From Bellilinea caldifistulae (GTDB taxonomy: Bacteria; Chloroflexota; Anaerolineae; Anaerolineales; Anaerolineaceae), in contig NZ_LGHJ01000024.1 in assembly GCF_001306055.1 (NCBI RefSeq), positions 30,001 to 62,000 on the forward strand: DNA of 32,000 nucleotides, read 5' to 3'. The position numbers were made by a program, and so were the translations under genes. The notes under the pieces were generated by a model. The model saw only the letters and a list, made by a program, of their open reading frames with translations. It was not told the DNA's origin and did not search any database. Below are positions 24,524 to 31,461 of this stretch, one piece after another (the stretch's first letter is position 1; each line of letters opens with the position of its first letter).

Positions 24524-25288
24524 ATGTTAGTTTCGATTGTTACTCCCTCTTACAATCAGGCGCGTTATCTGGAAGAAACCATCCGCTCGGTACTTGAGCA
24601 GGATTACCCCCACATTGAGTACATGGTGGTGGACGGCGGCTCGACGGATGGCAGCCGTGAGATCATCGAAAAGTACGCCGACCGGCTGGCGTGGTGGGTT
24701 TCGGAGAAAGATCGCGGCCAGACGGAGGCGATCAACAAGGGTTTTGCGCGGGCGCGTGGGGAAGTGCTGGCATGGCTCAATTCGGATGATACTTACCAGC
24801 CCGGCGCGGTCCGCGAGGCGGTTGAATTTTTGCAGCAAAACCCGCAGGTAGGATTGGTGTATGGGGACGCTAATTACATTGACGAGTATGGGCGCGTGAT
24901 CGGCCGTTTTCCGGCGGCGCAGACCGATTACCGCCGTCTGCGGCAGGGCTATGTTCACATCCCCCAGCAAGCAGCTTTCTTTCGGGCGGACTTGTGGCGC
25001 AAGGTGGGTCCGCTGGATGAGCGTTTTTACTTTGCAATGGATTATGATTTATGGGTACGGTTGGCGCGCGAAGCGCCGATTGTCTATCATCCGCGCCTGT
25101 GGGCGAATTTTCGCCTGCATTCGGATGCCAAAACCATCGCTGCCGATGACCGCTGCTGGCCGGAGATGTTGCGGGTGCATTATCGCGATGGGGGTTCGCC
25201 ATTTTCGATGATTGTGCTTAAGTACTGGATTAGAAAACTGGCTGCACCTTATATCAACTGGCGAAGACGGCGCATGTTCCGGCTATAA
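24524..25288 (+). CDS. Glycosyltransferase family 2 (paralog 2)
   Basis: [42 protein letters not shown]...WLNSDDTY. Colinear with the 20622-21569 product over the catalytic domain. Confidence 0.85.
   Translation: MLVSIVTPSYNQARYLEETIRSVLEQDYPHIEYMVVDGGSTDGSREIIEKYADRLAWWVSEKDRGQTEAINKGFARARGEVLAWLNSDDTYQPGAVREAVEFLQQNPQVGLVYGDANYIDEYGRVIGRFPAAQTDYRRLRQGYVHIPQQAAFFRADLWRKVGPLDERFYFAMDYDLWVRLAREAPIVYHPRLWANFRLHSDAKTIAADDRCWPEMLRVHYRDGGSPFSMIVLKYWIRKLAAPYINWRRRRMFRL
24617..24711 (+). repeat. Near-identical nucleotide tract shared with 20725-20819 (copy 2)
   Basis: Same alignment as copy 1. Both copies encode [32 protein letters not shown]. Confidence 0.8.
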
Positions 25289-25307
25289 TGGTAGTTGGAG
25301 GTGGCTC

Positions 25308-25718
25308 ATGGCTCGAAAAACCTCGTCTCCCTCAGGCCGTTATTCGCCCGGCTTTTTTGGCGAAATTGCGCTGCGCATCAAACTGGTGCTGCGTTTGCTG
25401 GCTGATCCGCGCGTCAACATTTTTATCAAACTGATTCCCTTTGCTTCCTTCATCTATTTTTTCCTGCCGGATCTGGTGATCGGGCCGCTGGATGATGCGG
25501 CGGTGCTGGGGATTGCTTTCAGCCTGTTTGTTGAGCTGTGTCCGCCGGAGGTGGTGGAAGAACATCTGCAGCAACTGCGGGCAGAAGCCCAGAGACGATC
25601 GGCCTCTCCGTCGGAGCGCAAGGCCATTGAGGAAGACATCATCGAGGGCGAGTATTACGAGATTAAGGACGTGACCATTCACGAAAATGGCCACAAAGAG
25701 GAGAAAGAGAAGCGATGA
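25308..25718 (+). CDS. Small membrane protein, DUF1232 (YkvA)-like, with charged C-terminal tail
   Basis: LLADPRVNIFIKLIPFASFIYFFLPDLVIGPLDDAAVLG resembles the DUF1232 core (Y..P.DLIP...G.LDD). ATG 25308 is preceded by GGAGG. ATGA overlap with the next gene. Confidence 0.55.
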   Translation: MARKTSSPSGRYSPGFFGEIALRIKLVLRLLADPRVNIFIKLIPFASFIYFFLPDLVIGPLDDAAVLGIAFSLFVELCPPEVVEEHLQQLRAEAQRRSASPSERKAIEEDIIEGEYYEIKDVTIHENGHKEEKEKR

Positions 25719-27037
25719 AAGTTCGTTCCCCCATTGTGTTGCGGCTGAGTCTGGCCATGCTGCTGTTTGGTTTGATAGCTGCGGCTTGCAGCCCAACCCC
25801 GCAGATTACCCCGCCGGCGACATTAATGCCCACTTCTCCGCCGTCGCAGCCGACCACTCAGCCAGAACCGGTTTCCTCACCTGTAGCCGAAGCAACTCCA
25901 CTAACCGAGGATACGGCAGTGTCTTCTCCCACCGAAACCGCTGGGCCGGGCAACGTGACGGCCTTTCCGGCCGTTGCGGCTTTTGATTGGGTTACCATCG
26001 CCGGCGGTTTGCGCCGCCCGACCGATTTTGCCGATCCGAATGATGGCAGCGGACGATTGCTGGTGCTGGAACAGCCGGGCTTGATTCGGGTGATTGCGGA
26101 TGGGCAGCTCCAGGAGCGTCCGTTTCTGGATCTGACCGACCGGGTGGGCGCCAATTCGTCTGAACAGGGATTGCTGGGAATTGCGCTCGATCCGGATTAT
26201 GCGGAGAACGGCATTTTTTACCTGAATTACACCGACAAGAACGGCAATACCGTGGTTTCCCGCTTCCGGCGTTCTGCTGATGGGACAAGCGGTGATCCTC
26301 AATCCGAGCAGGTGTTGTTGTACGTGGAGCAGCCCTACGCCAATCACAACGGCGGTGATTTGGAGTTCGGCCCGGATGGCTATTTATACATCGGTTTGGG
26401 AGATGGTGGTTCTGCCGGTGACCCGCAGCGGCGTGCCCAAAACAATCAAACCTTGCTGGGCAAGATGCTGCGTTTGGATGTACGCGGTCAAACCCTGTAT
26501 GCCATCCCGCCGGACAATCCGTTTGCGGACGGTAACGGTGGACGTCAGGAAATCTGGGCAAACGGGTTGCGCAACCCGTGGCGCTACACCTTCGACCGAC
26601 TGACCGGTGACCTGTATATTGCAGACGTGGGACAGAATAAGTACGAAGAAATCAATTTTGTACCGGCGGGCAGCCCACCCGGCCTCAATTTTGGATGGCA
26701 TTACCGTGAAGCAACCCATCCGTTTGCGGATACACCCCCGGCCGGCTTGTCGTTGTACGATCCGGTGCATGAATACGGGCGCAACGATGGTTGCTCGGTT
26801 ACCGGTGGTTATGTCTATCGTGGCAGTCAATTACCGGAGTTTTACGGGGTTTACCTGTTTGGCGATTACTGCAACGGCTTTGTGTGGGGGATGCTGCGGG
26901 ACTCAAACGGTAACTGGGTGGTCGAGCGTCTCTTCCAGTTGGGTGCCAACATCAGCTCATTTAGCGAGGATGCGCAGGGGGAGTTGTACCTGCTGGATCA
27001 TCGTTCGGGCAGCATCTACAAGCTGATACGCCGGTAA
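25715..27037 (+). CDS. PQQ-dependent sugar (glucose/sorbosone) dehydrogenase family lipoprotein, beta-propeller
   Basis: Lipobox LIAAAC, a Pro/Thr/Ser-rich linker, then LLVLEQPGLIRVI, GLLGIALDPDY, NHNGGDLEFGPDGYLYIGLGDGGSAGDP and LLGKMLRLDV. These are the classic GSDH motifs. Confidence 0.85.
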   Translation: MKVRSPIVLRLSLAMLLFGLIAAACSPTPQITPPATLMPTSPPSQPTTQPEPVSSPVAEATPLTEDTAVSSPTETAGPGNVTAFPAVAAFDWVTIAGGLRRPTDFADPNDGSGRLLVLEQPGLIRVIADGQLQERPFLDLTDRVGANSSEQGLLGIALDPDYAENGIFYLNYTDKNGNTVVSRFRRSADGTSGDPQSEQVLLYVEQPYANHNGGDLEFGPDGYLYIGLGDGGSAGDPQRRAQNNQTLLGKMLRLDVRGQTLYAIPPDNPFADGNGGRQEIWANGLRNPWRYTFDRLTGDLYIADVGQNKYEEINFVPAGSPPGLNFGWHYREATHPFADTPPAGLSLYDPVHEYGRNDGCSVTGGYVYRGSQLPEFYGVYLFGDYCNGFVWGMLRDSNGNWVVERLFQLGANISSFSEDAQGELYLLDHRSGSIYKLIRR

Positions 27038-27083
27038 GAGAGGATGAAAATCCAACCGAATGGGTAAAAATCATCCTGTTCAA

Positions 27084-27110
27084 TTGCCCGGTTTTACGCT
27101 ATGCTATGGT
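27084..27110 (+). promoter_or_regulatory. Possible sigma70-type promoter (TTGCCC-15 nt-TATGGT)
   Basis: Hexamers read by eye in the 95-nt gap upstream of the small ORF. The spacer is short and the -10 is weak. Confidence 0.2.
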
Positions 27111-27132
27111 AAAGGATTACTGGAGGTGTGTG

Positions 27133-27357
27133 ATGGCTGACAAACGCTGGGAAACGATCCGTGTGCAGTTTTGTGACCATGCCGGCTGTGAAGTGCGGCT
27201 GGAGGCTGAACTGGTCTATCCGGCTGAATTTTTACCCGATCAACCGCCGCGCCTGGTTTCCAAACGCTGTTCGCGCGGTTTGGAATGCAACATGTGGAAC
27301 AACATGACCTGCATCTGGGCCGGCACCAATCCGATGTATGATCCGTTTGAGAAGTAA
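27133..27357 (+). CDS. Small Cys-rich hypothetical protein (74 aa)
   Basis: ATG 27133 is preceded by GGAGG. The protein is MADKRWETIRVQFCDHAGCEV...CSRGLECNMWNNMTCIW with 5 Cys. I recognised no family. A strong terminator follows. Confidence 0.45.
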   Translation: MADKRWETIRVQFCDHAGCEVRLEAELVYPAEFLPDQPPRLVSKRCSRGLECNMWNNMTCIWAGTNPMYDPFEK

Positions 27358-27411
27358 ACATCCGGTAAAAGCAAGCCAGCCTGGTAATTTGAATCATCGA
27401 AACCGGTATCA

Positions 27412-27439
27412 AACAGCGGGGTAAATCCCCGCTGTTTTT
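27412..27439 (+). terminator. Rho-independent terminator
   Basis: Perfect 10-bp stem AACAGCGGGG (27412-27421) / CCCCGCTGTT (27427-27436), a 5-nt loop TAAAT, and a T-run through 27439. Confidence 0.75.
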
Positions 27440-27491
27440 GCTTGTCTGTAGAAGGCTCAGGAAAATCTTAATCCGTTATAATTTGGTGGTT

Positions 27492-27733
27492 ATGAAAAAT
27501 CGCTCAATGGATTGGTTCAAACAGGCAGAGCGGGACTTGCCACAGGTGGTTGACTCTCAGCGAAACCTTTACCATGAGTGGGCTTGTTTTGCCGCGGTTT
27601 GCCGCTGCCGGCGGATGTGATGGTTTACACGGTTGACGAGTGGAAAAATTTGCAAAAAAACTCGGCTTTGGTTCAGAAAATTACTTCTGAAGTTTATTGG
27701 ATTTTTGAAAGGTCTGAGGAAACAACCGAATAA
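27492..27733 (+). pseudogene. Decayed HEPN / minimal-nucleotidyltransferase (MNT) toxin-antitoxin remnant
   Basis: 27492-27620 encodes MKNRSMDWFKQAERDLPQVVDSQRNLYHEWACFAA, a HEPN N-terminal helix pair that stops prematurely. In another frame, ~27601-27733 reads PLPADVMVYTVDEWKNLQKNSALVQKITSEVYWIFE, a nucleotidyltransferase C-terminus. The region is locally AT-rich. Confidence 0.5.
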
Positions 27734-27736
27734 AAC

Positions 27737-28477
27737 ATGGAACTATCTATATCGCTTACATTACCGATTCTGATCTTTCTGGCGGCTATTTTATATGCCT
27801 CGGTGGGGCACGGGGGAGCCTCGGGTTATCTGGCGGTGATGGCGTTGTTTGGGGTTGCGCCAGCCGTGATGAAACCCACCGCTTTGACCTTGAATATCCT
27901 TGTTTCGGCAATTGCCTTTTTTAAGTTTTATCGGGCGGGTTGCTTTTCATGGCGATTGTTCCTGCCGTTTGCGCTGACCTCGGTGCCGTTGGCTTTTGTG
28001 GGGGGCAGTTTTGTCTTGCCAACCACTCTCTATAAACCGATTGTCGGCGCAGTGTTGATTTATGCGGCAATTCGCTTGTTTTTCAGCGCAAAATCTGCCC
28101 AAGCCACTGAATTGCGACCGGTCATTATCCCTGTGGCTGTCTTGTTGGGTGCTGTTATTGGTTTGCTTTCTGGGCTGACGGGGGTTGGCGGGGGAATTTT
28201 TCTCAGTCCATTGCTGGTGTTTCTGCGCTGGGGGGATGTGCGCCAGACTGGAGGGGTAGCGGCAGCGTTTATTCTGGTCAACTCAATTTCCGGGTTGCTC
28301 GGTCACTTTTCCGTCGTCGCGGAACTTCCTTCGTTCATCCCTGTGTGGGCGGTAGCGGCTGTGGCGGGCGGTTGGCTTGGAGCCGAGTTTGGCAGTCGTC
28401 GGCTGGGTAACCCGGCTTTGCGCCAGTTGCTGGCTGCGGTGTTGGTGATTGCCGGCTTGAAAATGATTTTGGTTTGA
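27737..28477 (+). CDS. TauE/SafE family sulfite/anion exporter (DUF81) membrane protein
   Basis: 246 aa with about 7-8 TM segments. LYASVGHGGASGYLAVMALFG and GLTGVGGGIFLSPLLV are the two repeated family motifs. Confidence 0.85.
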   Translation: MELSISLTLPILIFLAAILYASVGHGGASGYLAVMALFGVAPAVMKPTALTLNILVSAIAFFKFYRAGCFSWRLFLPFALTSVPLAFVGGSFVLPTTLYKPIVGAVLIYAAIRLFFSAKSAQATELRPVIIPVAVLLGAVIGLLSGLTGVGGGIFLSPLLVFLRWGDVRQTGGVAAAFILVNSISGLLGHFSVVAELPSFIPVWAVAAVAGGWLGAEFGSRRLGNPALRQLLAAVLVIAGLKMILV

Positions 28478-28508
28478 GTAAAAATCACCGAACCCTATAC
28501 GAGGGGTA

Positions 28509-28535
28509 TTGCCCTGCCCTGCTTTCCGATAGAAT
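28509..28535 (+). promoter_or_regulatory. Possible sigma70-type promoter (TTGCCC-15 nt-TAGAAT)
   Basis: Hexamers sit about 36 nt upstream of ATG 28571. RBS GAGGAG at 28557-28562. The site overlaps an imperfect inverted repeat CTGCTTTCC...GGAAGCAG. Confidence 0.25.
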
Positions 28536-28570
28536 GGAAGCAGGTCATTGAAATTCGAGGAGTGGACTAA

Positions 28571-29488
28571 ATGAAAACGGTGCGGCGGATTCTGATAGGG
28601 ATTTTGCTGCTGATTGGCGGATTTGCTGTGTTTTTAGTCGGTTCAGTTTTGGTGGATATGGTGCTCGGCGCCAATCGCCTGGCGGCGGTTACCAATACCA
28701 CCATTCCCGCTTCCGGCGGCGGGCCGGATGTGCGCGCTTATGTTGCCGTCCCGCCGGGGGAGGGACCGTTCCCGGCGGTGATCATGATTCACGAGTTCTA
28801 CGGGTTGAACCAGAGCATCGTTGGCAAAGCGCAGGGATTGGCCGAGGAGGGTTATGTGGTTGTCGCACCGGATACCTTTCGCGGTTCAACCACCAGCTGG
28901 ATACCGCGGGCAATTTTTCAGGTGATTACCACCCCTGTTGAGCGGGTCAATCAGGACCTGGATAGTGTATTTACGTGGCTGGCGTCGCAGCCCAATGTCA
29001 ATCCGAAGCGGATCGCCATCATGGGATTTTGTTACGGTGGACGCACCTCACTGTTATACAGTTTACACAATCCCAATCTCGCGGCTACGGTTGTCTTTTA
29101 TGGCTTGCCGGTCACTGATGCAGAGGCGCTGCGACAATTGCCCGGCCCGTTGCTGGGTATATTCGGCGGGGCGGATCAATCCATCCCTCTGGAACAGGTG
29201 CGGGCTTTTGAAACGGCCTTGCAGCAGGCCGGAGTACCCCATGAAATTACCATCTATGACGGGCAACCGCATGCGTTTGTCACCGACATGGAGTCCATCC
29301 GCGCCGGTGGGGTGCAGGGTCAGGCGTGGGCGCAGCTGCTGAGCTTTCTGGAACGCAGCCTGCGGGGCGATAGCCCCTATTATCAGCCCTCGGCTGCCGA
29401 TTTACCGGTCAAAGCCGGGTTCGACTGGCATTACTACTGGATGCTGGTTTACGAACACGCCTTTGGCAGCGCCAGCCACGCCCATTAG
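28571..29488 (+). CDS. Dienelactone hydrolase family protein with N-terminal membrane anchor
   Basis: The N-terminal TM is ILIGILLLIGGFAVFLVGSVLV. PAVIMIHEFYGLN, IAIMGFCYGG (nucleophile Cys elbow) and QPHAF are DLH features. Confidence 0.85.
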   Translation: MKTVRRILIGILLLIGGFAVFLVGSVLVDMVLGANRLAAVTNTTIPASGGGPDVRAYVAVPPGEGPFPAVIMIHEFYGLNQSIVGKAQGLAEEGYVVVAPDTFRGSTTSWIPRAIFQVITTPVERVNQDLDSVFTWLASQPNVNPKRIAIMGFCYGGRTSLLYSLHNPNLAATVVFYGLPVTDAEALRQLPGPLLGIFGGADQSIPLEQVRAFETALQQAGVPHEITIYDGQPHAFVTDMESIRAGGVQGQAWAQLLSFLERSLRGDSPYYQPSAADLPVKAGFDWHYYWMLVYEHAFGSASHAH

Positions 29489-31272
29489 AAGAGCGGCCAG
29501 ATCAAAGGCAGGAAAATCATCACCACAATAAACAGCAATACATTGAGCAAAGCGCCAACGCGGGTGTAGTCGGTGAACCGATAACCACCCGGTTCCATGA
29601 CCAGCACATTGGCTTGATGTCCAACCGGGGTGAGGAAACTGGTCGAAGCGCCGATGACAGTTGCCAGCACAAACGGACGTGGATCTGCACCCAGCCCCAG
29701 GGCTACATCAATGGCAATCGGCACCATCAACACGGTAGCGGCGGCGTTGGACATTGGCTCGGTGATCAGGGATGCGAGGATATAAATGCCGGCCACGACA
29801 GCCAGCGGGCCGAGGCTGCCGACCAGACTGACAATCTGTTCGGCAAGGAAGCGCGCCGTGCCGGTGTTTTCCATCGCCAAACCCAGCGGCAGCATGCCGG
29901 CGATCAGGAAAATACTGCGCCATTCAATGCTCTGGTAAGCCTCGTCCATTGTCAGGCAGCCGCTCAAGACCATCAGCACTGCGCCGATGACCATCGCCAG
30001 AGAGATATGCAAACCTCCCACAATGGTCAACAGCAGTACCAGCGCTAAAATTCCACCAGCCAGGGGGGCTTTTTGGGTCTGGCGGGTGGTGTAATTTACC
30101 GGTTCAAGCAGCAAAAAATCTTCACTGGTTTGCAGAGCAGGTAGTTGACTTTTTCGTCCGCGCAGCAGGAGCGTATCGCCAAACTGCAAGCGGACATCCC
30201 GAAGCCGCTCGAAAATCACTCTCCCCTGGCGGTGGATTGCCAAAGCGGTGAAACCATAGCGGTCGCGAAAATGCATTTCGCGCAATGTTTTTCCGGCGAT
30301 ACGCGAACGAGGGGAGAGGACTGCTTCCACGGTGACTTCATCGTTTCCGGTCAGTTCGGCTAATTGAAGTTTATGCTCGGCTTCAATGGCTAAACCAAGC
30401 GACTCTTTAGCTCGAATCAGGTTGTCTATCCTGCCTTCTACGACCAGTATTTCATTGGGTTGTAAGCAGTAATCGCGATGAGGAATCAGGCGTTTCTGAT
30501 TCGGGTCTATGATGGCGATGACGCTCAGGTCGTAATCTGAACCGAGACGCGACTCGGCAAGTGTTTTTCCGGCCAGTTTACTATCCGGCAGCAGGCGTAC
30601 CTCGCTCAGGTACTCGCGCAGGTTGTAGGTTTCCTGAATATCTTGCGGTTGACGGGCAGGCAGGAAGTGTCTGCCAATCAAAACCATGTACACGATGCCG
30701 GCGGTAAATACAAGGATGCCGGTTGGGGTGAAATCGAAAAAGGCAAAACCGGGCAGCCCGCGTTCGCTGAGAATGCTGGCAGCCAGCACGTTCGGCGGCG
30801 TACCAATAAGGGTCATGTTGCCACCCATCAGCGAGGCAAAGGAGATCGGAATCAACAATTTGGAAAGCGGAACTCCGCTGCGGCGGGAAATTCCAACGGC
30901 TGCCGGTAACATCACAGCAGTTGCGCCGATATTGTTCATGAAAGCCGAAAGCAGACCGCAGCCGAGCATCAGCGCGGCAATCAGTCGCGCCTCTCCATTT
31001 CCGGCAATGCGTAAAATTCGTTCGCCGAGCAGGTTTGCAACGCCGGTGGCAAATAAACCGCCTGATACAATGTACACCGCCCAAACGGTGATGACGGCCG
31101 GACTTGCGAAACCTGCAAAGGCCTGAGCCGGGTCAATCAGGCCGGTCAGGGTTACGGTGATCAGCACCAGCATGGCAATCACGTCCACGCGTAGTTTTTC
31201 GCTGGCAAACAGCCCAACGGCGGCGGCAATGATCAGGAGAGTCAGTCCAATTTGGGGTGTAAATTCGGTCAT
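29485..31272 (-). CDS. SLC13/DASS-family anion permease with two central TrkA-C (RCK C-terminal) domains
   Basis: 595 aa. The terminal halves are hydrophobic, with ATAVMLP and NAAATVLMVPIA hairpin motifs. Two TrkA-C-like repeats are present (SEVRLLPDSKLAGKTLAESRLGSDYDLSVIAI and EAVLSPRSRIAGKTLREMHFRDRYGFTALAIHR). Confidence 0.9.
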   Translation of the reverse strand: MTEFTPQIGLTLLIIAAAVGLFASEKLRVDVIAMLVLITVTLTGLIDPAQAFAGFASPAVITVWAVYIVSGGLFATGVANLLGERILRIAGNGEARLIAALMLGCGLLSAFMNNIGATAVMLPAAVGISRRSGVPLSKLLIPISFASLMGGNMTLIGTPPNVLAASILSERGLPGFAFFDFTPTGILVFTAGIVYMVLIGRHFLPARQPQDIQETYNLREYLSEVRLLPDSKLAGKTLAESRLGSDYDLSVIAIIDPNQKRLIPHRDYCLQPNEILVVEGRIDNLIRAKESLGLAIEAEHKLQLAELTGNDEVTVEAVLSPRSRIAGKTLREMHFRDRYGFTALAIHRQGRVIFERLRDVRLQFGDTLLLRGRKSQLPALQTSEDFLLLEPVNYTTRQTQKAPLAGGILALVLLLTIVGGLHISLAMVIGAVLMVLSGCLTMDEAYQSIEWRSIFLIAGMLPLGLAMENTGTARFLAEQIVSLVGSLGPLAVVAGIYILASLITEPMSNAAATVLMVPIAIDVALGLGADPRPFVLATVIGASTSFLTPVGHQANVLVMEPGGYRFTDYTRVGALLNVLLFIVVMIFLPLIWPLF

Positions 31273-31403
31273 GCTTCACGCCGGAACAAAGAACACGGGA
31301 AGGATGTAAATCAATGGGCCTATTAAAGTGGTTCTATTATAGTGCATTTGTAAATTCGGAGAACTGCGCGTTGCATCAACCCATGAAAACCCGATTCGGG
31401 AGG

Positions 31404-31430
31404 TTGGATTGACTGTTACGCGGCTATAAT
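31404..31430 (+). promoter_or_regulatory. Possible promoter for the 2Fe-2S gene (TTGGAT/TTGACT ... perfect TATAAT)
   Basis: Perfect TATAAT at 31425-31430, about 31 nt upstream of ATG 31462. -35-like TTGGAT (31404-31409) and TTGACT (31409-31414) sit at suboptimal spacing. Confidence 0.3.
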
Positions 31431-31461
31431 TAGGGGAACGAGAGAGCGATTTCGGCACACC

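Noticed and set aside
27041-27077. Inverted repeat AGGATGA...TCATCCT after the sugar dehydrogenase stop, considered as a terminator
   Set aside because: The stem is only 7 bp, the loop is about 23 nt, and there is no T-tract. It is too weak to call.
27438-27620. 60-aa ORF from the track treated as an intact gene
   Set aside because: Its first 18 codons overlap the terminator T-tract region, and the recognisable HEPN-like part is truncated. I interpret it as a pseudogene fragment.
31276-31458. 60-aa minus-strand ORF in the divergent intergenic region
   Set aside because: It has no RBS and no recognisable sequence, and it lies in the AT-rich promoter region between divergent genes.
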